Below are positions 17,034-26,793 of a stretch of DNA of 64,000 nucleotides, in pieces. The position numbers were made by a program, and so were the translations under genes. Each line of letters opens with the position of its first letter. The first letter of the stretch is position 1. The stretch spans positions 260 through 64,259 of the forward strand of contig CAVKFY010000087.1 of NCBI GenBank assembly GCA_963655775.1. The letters run 5' to 3'. Below the pieces are notes generated by a model. That model made no database searches. It saw nothing but the letters and a program-made list of their open reading frames with translations, and was not told where the DNA came from. Source of the DNA: Alistipes communis. Lineage in GTDB: Bacteria; Bacillota_I; Bacilli_A; RFN20; CAG-826.

Positions 17034-19334
17034 ATGAAAAAACAAAAAATCCTTCTTTTATCCTTGATGCCTTTGATCTTGGCTTCTTGTGATAATAAAA
17101 TTGATACTTCTTCAAATGGAAGCTCTTCTAATGGTGGGAGTTCTTCTATATCATCATCTAGTTCTTCAAAAGAACAACTTGAAACCAATTATGAAAACAT
17201 CAAAGAAGCACTCATAAACGCTCAAAGAGGCAACTTTGAACTTGTTTATTCTTTGAATAATTCAAACTTACGTGATTATTATGCGAATGATTACGTTTTA
17301 TTCTCTTCTAGCAAATCTGGATACATCTTACTTGATTCTTATGAAAAAGATGCAGGCAAGATCCTATATTTCTTCTCTGTTGATGATGAAGGAAAGGTAA
17401 CGATTCATGATGTATATCCAACAGGAGATTCTAAGAACCCATATGTCACAAGCGTATCCGGCTTCAATCTTCTCTCTGGTATTCGTGCGTCTGCCTTAAA
17501 AGAAAAAGATTTCACAACCACAAATAGCAACGCCTTGAAATCCACAAATGCCAATCTTCTTGAAGGATTCTCTAATTTATTGGAATTAGAAGAAACATAT
17601 AGCAATGGCTATATCGATGGAATCGAATTCTATTTCAATGATGATAACAATCTTGTATTCACCTTATCTCAACCTGCCGCAACACCAAGCTCATACAAGG
17701 CCTCATTAACTGCTAGAACTGCTGTTTTAGAGAATATCGGTGAAGCTTCATCAAAAGAAGTAGAGGATGCAAAATCAAAGTTCTCTATTTCTGAAACTCA
17801 AATTAGTGAAGACGCTTTAGCGCCTCTTGCCTCAAAGAATTTCGAAGGAAATGCCAAAGTCTATTTAAGTGTTGATGGCACTGAATCACAAATTGGTACA
17901 TATACGCTTAAATACAACGAAACAAGCGTTGAAATCAGTAGCAACATCGATGACGTCAAAGAGTTCATCCATTATGAAAAAGATACAAATGGAGGAATTC
18001 TTCAAGCAGGCCTTTCTCCAGAAAACAAAAAGATCACTCAAACAATCTCTGGATATAAGTGGAGTCAACTTGCTTTCGGATATAACACTGCAGCTGCTGA
18101 ACCTGAAGCGTTTAGAAAAACATCCGACAATACTTTCCATTATTATGGCTACTTTGCTACAAGCATTGGTGGAGGTTTAAGTTATCTTTCTTTTGGTAAC
18201 AACGCTTCAAGTGTTGATCTTCACCTAACTAACGGTGTTGTTTCTTCGGTTACCTTGAAAACCCCTCAAATTGGCCAAGATACATACGGAAGACGCACGT
18301 ATTACCGTGTTGAAATTGATATTGCATCAAATCCAAGTGCACCTTGGGATCTTTCTCCATTAACAACATCTGATCCAGTAATCAAGAAAGCAATCGAGGG
18401 CATCACACAAGATGGTGTTACCTATAAAGCAAAATCCCATATCAACGAGAAGAATCTTTCTTATGCCGAGACAATCGTTACTAGCGATACAATTCTTATC
18501 AAAACAATGCTCATTGGTGAGGATACTGAAACGCTATATTCATATGATGGATATCACGTCCTTTCTGATGGAAGAGTTCAATATTTTACAATTGATGAAA
18601 ACAATAACGTCACAGCAGATAAATCTCCAGTTGATGGAGACACGTTAATGAATCACTGCGGCTTTGCTTGTTCACCTGCGGTATTTGAATTATCTGCAGA
18701 TGGAAAAACATTTAAGCCTATTGCAGCCGCGACAGGCTTTGGCCCATTCTTAACTGCAGGTTTCTTCAGCGGTTTTGCTGTTGATGATACTCTTGTATTC
18801 AATCTTGATGATCAAGGAAGACTCGCTTCATTCTCTTATGACTATAAGTTACCAGCAAATCTTTCTCGCCAAAAAGAAACGATTGAATTCACCTATGATA
18901 ACGTTAGCATCGATGCAGACCTTATGGAGAAGATCAATGCTCTAACTGCAGCAGATGAACCAACAAGCTGGTTGGAAGAGAAGAGCACTCCTAATGACGG
19001 CAGCACGTCTAAGTTGGTTGAAAAACTAACATCTTTATATGGAGAAGATACAGTTAAGACAATTCCATACGTCTACGATAGCAAGATATCTGGTGAATGG
19101 TATGTCGCCTATAAAACAACAACTGACTACAATAGTGGTGAGACCATCGTTACCAGCGTGACTATTTATACCGGTGCAAATATCGATGAAACATACTGGA
19201 CTAGTTATGTTAACAAATTAAAGACAAAACTCACTGAAGCAGGATACACTCTATCATCCAAATCATATGTCAAAGGAAATGTTAAAATTACCTTTGGAAA
19301 AGTAGGTGAAGGCATCTCTTTTGATAAGATTTAA
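17034..19334 (+). CDS. Large lipoprotein of unknown function.
   Basis: MKKQKILLLSLMPLILASC lipobox; Ser/Gly-rich linker; 766 aa. Confidence 0.7.
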   Translation: MKKQKILLLSLMPLILASCDNKIDTSSNGSSSNGGSSSISSSSSSKEQLETNYENIKEALINAQRGNFELVYSLNNSNLRDYYANDYVLFSSSKSGYILLDSYEKDAGKILYFFSVDDEGKVTIHDVYPTGDSKNPYVTSVSGFNLLSGIRASALKEKDFTTTNSNALKSTNANLLEGFSNLLELEETYSNGYIDGIEFYFNDDNNLVFTLSQPAATPSSYKASLTARTAVLENIGEASSKEVEDAKSKFSISETQISEDALAPLASKNFEGNAKVYLSVDGTESQIGTYTLKYNETSVEISSNIDDVKEFIHYEKDTNGGILQAGLSPENKKITQTISGYKWSQLAFGYNTAAAEPEAFRKTSDNTFHYYGYFATSIGGGLSYLSFGNNASSVDLHLTNGVVSSVTLKTPQIGQDTYGRRTYYRVEIDIASNPSAPWDLSPLTTSDPVIKKAIEGITQDGVTYKAKSHINEKNLSYAETIVTSDTILIKTMLIGEDTETLYSYDGYHVLSDGRVQYFTIDENNNVTADKSPVDGDTLMNHCGFACSPAVFELSADGKTFKPIAAATGFGPFLTAGFFSGFAVDDTLVFNLDDQGRLASFSYDYKLPANLSRQKETIEFTYDNVSIDADLMEKINALTAADEPTSWLEEKSTPNDGSTSKLVEKLTSLYGEDTVKTIPYVYDSKISGEWYVAYKTTTDYNSGETIVTSVTIYTGANIDETYWTSYVNKLKTKLTEAGYTLSSKSYVKGNVKITFGKVGEGISFDKI

Positions 19335-19355
19335 ATATTAGTTTTAAAGAAAATC

Positions 19356-19381
19356 AAGCCACCGAAACGGTGGCTTTTTCT
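19356..19381 (+). terminator. Rho-independent terminator.
   Basis: aagccaccg-aaa-cggtggctt followed by ttttc. Confidence 0.7.
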
Positions 19382-19514
19382 GCATGGTTACACAATATTA
19401 TTGATGTCTCAAACTACGAAAAAAATGGCCGTTGATCAACCTCTTTATATTAGGTTTTCAACAGACGATTTGTAAATAGCGTTACTTCAAAAACAAAACA
19501 TTATTGAGTTGATT

Positions 19515-20624
19515 TTATAAATCGCTAGATAAAGCAAAATCACCTTTCTTAATCCATCCAGCCTTTCTAAAGATTAAATCAATTAAGAAAACGAGAACTA
19601 TAGGTAAGATGACACAGAATGCAATAACCTCAATAATAAGTACCCAGTTATAGTCGTTTGCAGCTAAAACATTTAGTGGTCCAACTAAACCAGAAGTTCC
19701 CATACCACCTGCAACAGATAAAGAAGAAGTTACGCCTTTTTCAGCATATGTTGCCGCATCTTCAATAGGCATAAGCATAGCAAAAGGTCCTAAGATTGCA
19801 GATGCAATAATTGTTGGTAACCAAATTAATGGTTTTCTAACGATATTTTTAAATTGCAACATTGATGTTCCTATACCTACCGCAATAACAGAACCCCATT
19901 TATTGTCATAGGCTGTATGAACGGCAAATCCAACCATTTGAGTGGAACAACCAATCAATGCTGCATAAGCGGCTAAAGGAACGTTTCCAATTGATATTGC
20001 AACACATATTGCAACCGATGATATAGGCGCAGTCAAAGCCATGCCAACAAGCACGGAAATGATGATACACATCAAGAATGGAACGACGGAGAATGTCTTT
20101 TCGATAACCCATCCTAAACCGATCGTGATGTAATGAACGTATGCGGCAAGTAAGAAAGAATATAACAAGGAGAATATCAAACCAACTAAAGGCAAAAGAA
20201 TGATATCAACAGGAGTCTTCTTTCTCATGATGTATTTGATAGCCAATAAGCAAAGAACCGCACTTATATAGCAAGAAAGAGGATCTCCGATAGAAGATAC
20301 CTTTCCATCAGCAAAACTAAATGCGTAGTTGCCAATCATCCCTGCAGCCATTGAGGCAACAACGACAACGCCATTTTTCTTTAAGGAAAGAGCAACTCCT
20401 AAACCGATCCCTGCGCCCATAAGGCCTTTAATTACGCTTGTCCAACTAGACAAAGAAGAAAGACCTGGGATTTGAGCAAATAAATCAAGAATGGTCCCAA
20501 TGATCAAGGTGCCAAACAAGCCAATAGCCATGCCATTGGTTGTTGTCATCAATTTGCTTTTAAATGATTTCCAAAATGCACTCCATTTATTTTCAGAAAT
20601 CTGATTTTCACTGCTATTTTCCAT
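19515..20624 (-). CDS. Polytopic membrane permease resembling the PTS_EIIC_2 family (annotated as PTS sugar transporter subunit IIC-like).
   Basis: N-terminal TNGMAIGLFGTLIIGTIL resembles the LNGMAQGLFSSLIIGLIL start of PTS_EIIC_2 proteins; about 10 TM segments; gaggaaaaaa RBS. Confidence 0.5.
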   Translation of the reverse strand: MENSSENQISENKWSAFWKSFKSKLMTTTNGMAIGLFGTLIIGTILDLFAQIPGLSSLSSWTSVIKGLMGAGIGLGVALSLKKNGVVVVASMAAGMIGNYAFSFADGKVSSIGDPLSCYISAVLCLLAIKYIMRKKTPVDIILLPLVGLIFSLLYSFLLAAYVHYITIGLGWVIEKTFSVVPFLMCIIISVLVGMALTAPISSVAICVAISIGNVPLAAYAALIGCSTQMVGFAVHTAYDNKWGSVIAVGIGTSMLQFKNIVRKPLIWLPTIIASAILGPFAMLMPIEDAATYAEKGVTSSLSVAGGMGTSGLVGPLNVLAANDYNWVLIIEVIAFCVILPIVLVFLIDLIFRKAGWIKKGDFALSSDL

Positions 20625-20636
20625 GTATTTTTTCCT

Positions 20637-21368
20637 CTATTTCACTTCTATATATACTTCTGAAGGCATTTCTTTTGTGAATAATCCTTCCTTATGAAGA
20701 TGAGAATCATCAGAAAGATGAATGACATTCGGTATTACCGTTCCATCTTTGTTTGCTTTAAATTCTATTAGAGTATATGCGGTATGGCACATATCAAATC
20801 TAAGAGAGAAGAATGAATATGGAATATCGAGCAAAGAAGAAAGAAACGCTAATCCGAATGCGTGATGGGCAAATAATGCAACATGTTCGTTATTTTCTTT
20901 TATTTGTTTGTAACAAGCATGCTCTCTATCATGTTCATAACCTAACTCACGCATAAAGGCATCAACATTAGAATCAGTGAATTCAATTCCTTTTTTGATG
21001 TTTGTATCTTTATAAGCTGGAAGGTTGTAGAAAGTATATCCTGCATCTCTGGTTTTTTTTGATAAGAACTCTTTCATATATTTTGGATCCCAGAATATCC
21101 ATGTTCTTTCGTGTGGAGAAAGAGTGGTGGAATAATTATTCCAACCAGTATCTTCTCTAGCCCATGGGCAAGGGATGATTGGAAGATTGAATTCTTTGGC
21201 TGTTGGTTTAGCTGTATCTGTAGCTCTTCCCATTGTTGAGGCATACACCTTATCAATGCCAATTTGTTTAAACGTTTTTGCAATCGCTTCGGCTTGTTTT
21301 TGCCCTTTTTCGGTTAAGCAATCTTTTTCGTAATTCGGCTCGCCATGACGTACATAGTAAAGAAACAT
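20637..21368 (-). CDS. Histidine phosphatase superfamily protein (phosphoglycerate-mutase-like).
   Basis: Catalytic RHGE motif (LYYVRHGEPN) at the N-terminus; start set at ATG 21368 with a ggaggaag RBS. Confidence 0.7.
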   Translation of the reverse strand: MFLYYVRHGEPNYEKDCLTEKGQKQAEAIAKTFKQIGIDKVYASTMGRATDTAKPTAKEFNLPIIPCPWAREDTGWNNYSTTLSPHERTWIFWDPKYMKEFLSKKTRDAGYTFYNLPAYKDTNIKKGIEFTDSNVDAFMRELGYEHDREHACYKQIKENNEHVALFAHHAFGLAFLSSLLDIPYSFFSLRFDMCHTAYTLIEFKANKDGTVIPNVIHLSDDSHLHKEGLFTKEMPSEVYIEVK

Positions 21369-21426
21369 AAATCTTCCTCCAACGGTGAATAATTGTACAT
21401 TTATGTACAACAAATAGAAAGAAATG

Positions 21427-22786
21427 TTATACAAGTTTAACTAACTCTGTGTTTGTTTTGTAAGTTATGGCGTTTCCGCTTTTACCTTCAAGCAACAATC
21501 CATTGTTAACCAATCTGTTTTTGATGTCGTTTCTTAAATAAGAGGAAACTTTTAACGAAAGAACGTTTGCTATTTCTTCCAAAGTCTTTGCGTTGTGGTA
21601 ACAATACGAAAGGATTGTATGATCATTTTTCTTTTCTTCTCCTTTGTTAGCATAGAAAAGAGGAAGATCCGTAGTATCTTCATTTATAACCCCAGTTGAA
21701 GAAAGAAGGTTAGGAAGAGTTAAGGTGAATGACATCTTATTCGATGTAATTAATGGGGCATAGTTCTTGCCAAAGCTAGAATAGCCTTCCTCAATTTTCG
21801 CAAACCCCAATCCATTTTTCTCCATCAATAAAAGGATTTTTAAGATGCTACATATTTTGTTATTTCTTCTAAAAGGATTTATTTCGATGAGATTTTGATT
21901 ACGATAGAAAGTTTGACCATTAACAAGAGAACCAGGGGAAGTGATTTCTAATCTATCTTTAAATAAATTCACGTGAATTTCTGAATTTGCGATGAAATAG
22001 TCTTTGTGAGCGTATGCGTTAATCATCCCTTCCAATAAAGAACGTTTAGGATAGGAATAAATTTCTTTTCTTCCCATATCTTCTTTGAGGAAGCCCTTAT
22101 CAGAATTGTCTTCTATGTATTTAATGGCTAATTCAATATTTTTAAGAATATTGCCACTGAATTCTTCTTCGTTAAAATAGGTAGAGTCGCCTTTGTTTAG
22201 TCCGTTCCATTTGATGCAGACTGTTTTTTGTTTCTTGACCGATAAAATCATCTTTGAAAAGAAGAGATCCGTTATATAGGAAACCATCTTCTGAATAGAA
22301 GTTGATTGAACGTAATATCTTTTCGGTTAATTCCTCTCCGTTATGCTTTTCTTTATACGCCGCAAAGAGAAGCTTGAAGTCATCCTTGTTATACGGAACG
22401 TTTGTTTTTATGCAATCGAAATCTAATGATGATGTCGAAAGGACCATTTGTCTTATCTGCTCACTTGTTGCAGAAGAAGTTCTTCCTTCACCCCTAACGT
22501 ATATCGAAGGAATCCCATCATACGTCAAAACAAGGGGTTTTGCAGTCGATTCTTCGATTTTTATCTCTAATAAGAAACGTTCCTCACCTTCATTGTTTTT
22601 GAATAGAGTGTATTTAAAAGAGTAGACTGGAGAAAGTTGAAAATGTTCTTTTACATTTTTTATAAATGTTTGCACTTGGTAATCTACGCTTGCTCTTTTC
22701 AAACCAACTAGTTCATGAGTCTCATCATTTACACCAACATAAAGTGTTCCACCTTCGCAGTTTGCGAAAGCGTCCATTGTTTTCAA
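21427..22786 (-). pseudogene. Decayed AlbA_2 (Schlafen-like) plus HATPase_c_4/wHTH 'ATP-dependent DNA helicase RecG-like / transcriptional regulator' family gene, N-terminally truncated and frameshifted.
   Basis: Two overlapping ORFs (22172-22786 and 21427-22287) carry consecutive parts of one protein architecture: an AlbA_2 domain (GGTLYVGVND) followed by HATPase_c_4 and a C-terminal winged HTH. The frame changes near 22.22-22.26 kb. The conserved N-terminal ~20 aa are missing, with an in-frame stop upstream. Confidence 0.6.
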
Positions 22787-22813
22787 CCGACCAATTGGTT
22801 TAACTGGGTTTAC

Positions 22814-22862
22814 TTCTAGAAAACTTCTAGACCACTTCTAGAAAATTTCTCCGTCCTAGAAG
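22814..22862. promoter_or_regulatory. Three phased palindromic TTCTAGA(A) boxes, plus a cttctag/ctagaag hairpin, in the short intergenic region.
   Basis: TTCTAGAA at 22814-22821, TTCTAGA at 22825-22831, TTCTAGAA at 22836-22843 (11-bp centre-to-centre spacing). The inverted pair 22835-22841 / 22856-22862 can form a hairpin. Confidence 0.3.
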
Positions 22863-22869
22863 TAGTTAA

Positions 22870-24597
22870 TTATGGATGCAAGGTAATGTTATTTTCTTCG
22901 TTCTTAGGAAGAAGATCGTTACAAGAACGCTCTGCAATAAAATTAAGGTGGTCGCCACAACGTTCTAGGTTACCAACCAAGTTAATAAACACGTTAGAAC
23001 TCTGCGGTTTGCATTCGCCGTTTTCAAGACGCTTAAGATGGCCATGAACCATTGATGTACGTTTGTTATCAATTCCATCTTCCATTTTTCTAGCAACATC
23101 TAATTGTTCAAGAGTTGGCTGATCGACGATTTTATCTACTGTTCCAAACATATCGTTTATTTGCGTTTGCATATCCTTCAAATCAGAAACAACGATAGGA
23201 GAGAATGTTAAATCTTCATTTACTTCGTGATGGGTATAACCAGTGATATTATCTGCAACCTCTGTAAAACGAACGATATCTGCTATGTCTAGTTGCATTC
23301 TAGATATTCTCTTTTGAGAATTCTCACTTACACCTTTAGAGGCAATTTGAACAATGAAAGATGATAATTCTTTTGACATATGAAGAACCTTGCTTTCGAG
23401 TTCATCTATTTCGTTTTTCTTTCCTTCGTTTTTATCTAGGAAGGCATTTAATGCGACATTTAAATCTTTTAAAGCTAAGTTTGCCATGATGTGGTAATAA
23501 GATACTGCTTGAGTAAGAGCCAATTCTGGAGTGGATAAGAATCTTGCATCAAGAAGATCGCTTTCGCTATCTTTTCCTTTATCTGGAATGATTTTCTCTG
23601 CTAAGAAAACCAAACCTTTCGTTAGTGGTAAGAATAAGATTGTTGTGAAAACGTTAAAGAAAGTATGGAACATAGCTATTTGTGTGGCAGGTGAATTTGG
23701 GAACCACTTTGCAAATGTCATTTCCATAGCACTTGGCCAACAAATAAGAATGATGAAGAATATTAAAGAACCAAAAACATTGAATAACAGGTGAATGATT
23801 GAAGCTCTCTTACCATTGGCTGTTGAACCGATTGCTGAAAGAAGAGCAGTGGTACATGAACCAATATTTGAGCCTAGGATCAAATAGAGAACGCCATTGC
23901 CACTTCCACCAATAACCGCACCAGCCATAGCAAGAGCCAAAACGATAGAAGTTACTGCGCTTGAAGATTGAGCAAGAGCAGTAAGAACGATACCAATTAA
24001 CAATAAAAGAAATGGGTTTGATAATGAAACAAGGGCATCTTTCAATCCTTCATTGGATAAAAAGAGCGATTGCATATTTGATGTCATTGTTTCTAATCCT
24101 AAGAAAAGAAGACCTAAACCAGTGATCATATCGCCAGCAAATGCCACTTTAGGGAATTTCTTATGGAACACTAAACGTAAAATTACACCAATCAAGGTTA
24201 GAGAAATAATGATTTCTGTTAATGGGAATGCGGAAGAAGATAATCCTCCAAGGGCAACAATCTGAGCGGTGATTGTCGTTCCGATATTTGCGCCCATGAT
24301 ATAGGTTGCAGCTTGCGCCAAACTCATGACACCAGCGTTAACAAAACCTACAACCATGATTGTTGTTGCTCCACTAGATTGCATAATCATTGTGACGAGC
24401 GTTCCAATTCCAACTCCTGCTAATTTTGATTTCGCCGTTTTTGCAAAAAGACGTTTTAAGCCACTGGTCGCTAACTTTTCAGTGGACGCTTGTAGCATAT
24501 TCATGCCAACAAAAAGGGCGCCAAGTCCTCCAAGCATGAGCAAAATTGGAATTAAGACGGAAGAAGTTGTTGCCTGTAATATTGTGTTACTAATCAT
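22870..24597 (-). CDS. Na+/phosphate cotransporter (NptA/YjbB-like, duplicated Na_Pi_cotrans domains) with a C-terminal PhoU-like domain.
   Basis: Two repeats with QSSGATT / QSSSAVTS signature motifs; C-terminal helical PhoU-like region (~200 aa). Confidence 0.75.
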   Translation of the reverse strand: MISNTILQATTSSVLIPILLMLGGLGALFVGMNMLQASTEKLATSGLKRLFAKTAKSKLAGVGIGTLVTMIMQSSGATTIMVVGFVNAGVMSLAQAATYIMGANIGTTITAQIVALGGLSSSAFPLTEIIISLTLIGVILRLVFHKKFPKVAFAGDMITGLGLLFLGLETMTSNMQSLFLSNEGLKDALVSLSNPFLLLLIGIVLTALAQSSSAVTSIVLALAMAGAVIGGSGNGVLYLILGSNIGSCTTALLSAIGSTANGKRASIIHLLFNVFGSLIFFIILICWPSAMEMTFAKWFPNSPATQIAMFHTFFNVFTTILFLPLTKGLVFLAEKIIPDKGKDSESDLLDARFLSTPELALTQAVSYYHIMANLALKDLNVALNAFLDKNEGKKNEIDELESKVLHMSKELSSFIVQIASKGVSENSQKRISRMQLDIADIVRFTEVADNITGYTHHEVNEDLTFSPIVVSDLKDMQTQINDMFGTVDKIVDQPTLEQLDVARKMEDGIDNKRTSMVHGHLKRLENGECKPQSSNVFINLVGNLERCGDHLNFIAERSCNDLLPKNEENNITLHP

Positions 24598-24745
24598 TTA
24601 CGTTATGGTTACTGACCAGTTACATATTATAAGATGTTTTGTATCTCGACTAGTTAGTATTTGTAAAAACCGGTTACATTTTTTTGCTAAGCGCATTTAT
24701 TTTGACTATGATATAAGGCTGTTCATAGGGATAAACTGATTGATT

Positions 24746-25510
24746 ATGAGTAAAGAAAGAGCATTGTTAATAAAAATGGTATATACGGCAATATTTATTG
24801 CTTTATGTTTTGGAGCGACTTTTATTTCGATTCCTTTAGGAGGAAGTAAAGTACACTTAGGCAATTTTGTTTGTATTCTTTGTGGCCTTTTATGCGGACC
24901 TCTTATTGGTGGACTTGCTGGATCTATCGGCATGGGTCTTAATGACATTATGCTTGGATATGCTTGGACAACATTCTTACGTACCTTCATTTTGAAATTT
25001 ATTATGGGTTTCCTTTCTGGTTTCTTGTTTAGAGTTTGTCTAAAGAAAAAAGCGAATGGTTGGATTCTCATGGCTTCATCGATGATGGTTCTCCTGGCCT
25101 TCTTTGCTTACTCACTTTATATGTATTTCGTCCCAAATTCCAAATTCACTCTTACAACAGTAATTGGCTTATCTGTGCTTATTGGCATTCTATTGGTTTG
25201 TGCAATAGTTTCTTTCTGGTTACCAGAATCCAATAAGCCATTGCTTTTCTCGTTAACTCTTTCTCTTAGCGTTAACGTAATTGGCGAATTCTTTTTACGA
25301 ATTCTTTTCTCAATGGCAATTGGGACGACTTATGAGGCAGCACTAGCCTCCTCATTATTGAAATTACCTGCTGCCTTATTTACATCAGCTGTAACCGTAA
25401 TCATGATCGTACTTTTCTTCTATCCAATTTATTACGCAACAAGAAAATTCAATAAGGTTGATGACTTGGCCGTTTATCCTATTTTTCAAAGGCCTCAGGA
25501 ACATTTCTAA
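24746..25510 (+). CDS. Membrane protein resembling ECF-transporter S (substrate-capture) components.
   Basis: About 6 TM segments; N-terminal pattern VYTAIFIALCFGATFISIPLGGSKVHLGNFVCILCGLLCGPLIGGLAGSIGMGLND is typical of ECF S components. Confidence 0.4.
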   Translation: MSKERALLIKMVYTAIFIALCFGATFISIPLGGSKVHLGNFVCILCGLLCGPLIGGLAGSIGMGLNDIMLGYAWTTFLRTFILKFIMGFLSGFLFRVCLKKKANGWILMASSMMVLLAFFAYSLYMYFVPNSKFTLTTVIGLSVLIGILLVCAIVSFWLPESNKPLLFSLTLSLSVNVIGEFFLRILFSMAIGTTYEAALASSLLKLPAALFTSAVTVIMIVLFFYPIYYATRKFNKVDDLAVYPIFQRPQEHF

Positions 25511-25536
25511 GAAAAAAAGAGTTAATATATCTTCAT

Positions 25537-26235
25537 ATGAAAGAAAGCAAAGAAGAAAAAGTTATTGAAGATTTAGAAGGCAAAAAGATAATTCACCCGG
25601 GAAGAGACTATAACTTCCTAGGCTTTACCATATTCGATATTTTGCATATCGTTTTCGGTGTTACCTTCATTATTATCTATTCTCTAGAAAAGGTTGGAGC
25701 AAGTGCTGAGAGAATCGATGAATTAAACGATTCGATTGCCTACGAAGGCATCGAATTAATATTCGCTTTGATTCTTATTGCTTTTGTTGATGGAGTCGCG
25801 GACATGGCCAAAGAAAAGGAACATGTTGGCTTACAAGCAATATCTACTCTTTACCTATTCGCCTGGTTGGTTGTTGGAGGAGCTTTGATTACTCCTGAAC
25901 TTATCGCTTTACCTCAGAAGCTTCATGAATCAATTAGTCCATATAATGTTTTCTATTTCTTGGAATTTATCTTTTTAGGACTATCAATGTTCTTCTTTTT
26001 GATAACTGTTTTCTTCCCGAAGAAAGGGAAAACTTGGAATGTTCTTATGATATGTGGGATTGTTTGCATAGGCCTTTCTATCCCTTGCTCAATTGCTCAA
26101 GATTATCTTCCTTATGAAGGATATCTCTCTGTTTTGGAAACATTAAGCCAAACAGCTCCTTTAGCACCGGTCATCTTTTCCTTTATTTCAAGACATCAAA
26201 TTTCCAAAAATAGAAAAAACGCCTACAAAGCCTAG
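25537..26235 (+). CDS. Hypothetical polytopic membrane protein.
   Basis: About 6 predicted TM helices; no recognisable motif. Confidence 0.45.
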   Translation: MKESKEEKVIEDLEGKKIIHPGRDYNFLGFTIFDILHIVFGVTFIIIYSLEKVGASAERIDELNDSIAYEGIELIFALILIAFVDGVADMAKEKEHVGLQAISTLYLFAWLVVGGALITPELIALPQKLHESISPYNVFYFLEFIFLGLSMFFFLITVFFPKKGKTWNVLMICGIVCIGLSIPCSIAQDYLPYEGYLSVLETLSQTAPLAPVIFSFISRHQISKNRKNAYKA

Positions 26236-26303
26236 GTATTTTTCTTCATCATAAAGCATCTTAAAACTGATAAAATTATTATGTTTTAGGAGGTAGGAGA
26301 TAG

Positions 26304-26714
26304 ATGAATATTTTGGCGTTTTTGATACCAAAGACAAAGACTAAGTTTGTAGAAGATGATGCGACTTTAAGGCAGACGCTTGAAAGAATGGATTTTTATA
26401 AATATAGCGTTGTTCCTTTGCTAGAGAAAAACGGCAAATACCTTGGCACGATTGCAGAAGGAGATCTTCTTTCCTACATCAAGAATGAATGTGATCTAGA
26501 CCTTAAGAAAGGGGAGAATGTTAAGATATCTAGCATTCCGAGATATAGATCCTATAAAGCGTTACGCATAGATGCAGATTTTAAGGAAATCGTTGAATTA
26601 TTGATGGAGCAAAACTTCATTCCTTTAATCGATGATCGAAACACCTTTATTGGCATTGTTCCAAGAAAGTCTATTCTTAATTACTACTACCAGAAAAAGA
26701 AAGACAAGTTTTAG
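26304..26714 (+). CDS. CBS-domain pair protein.
   Basis: Two CBS-like modules (LGTIAEGDLLSYI; FIPLIDDRNTFIGIVPRKSILNYY); strong aggaggtaggaga RBS. Confidence 0.65.
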   Translation: MNILAFLIPKTKTKFVEDDATLRQTLERMDFYKYSVVPLLEKNGKYLGTIAEGDLLSYIKNECDLDLKKGENVKISSIPRYRSYKALRIDADFKEIVELLMEQNFIPLIDDRNTFIGIVPRKSILNYYYQKKKDKF

Positions 26715-26793
26715 TTTGTTTATTAAAAACAAAAATAGAGTTGTAATTTATTAAACTGCAACTCATAATTTATCAAATTATGGAGGAAAAAAG

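Noticed and set aside
22800-22870. Possible CRISPR or mobile-element end, suggested by the repeated TTCTAGAA boxes.
   Set aside because: There are only three short palindromic copies with no unique spacers and no cas genes, transposase or integrase nearby. They are better treated as an operator or hairpin array.
24598-24745. Possible riboswitch upstream of the ECF S-component-like gene.
   Set aside because: No conserved riboswitch core (TPP, FMN, preQ1, THF or cobalamin boxes) or obvious terminator/antiterminator alternative is present in the 148-nt leader. It is left unannotated.
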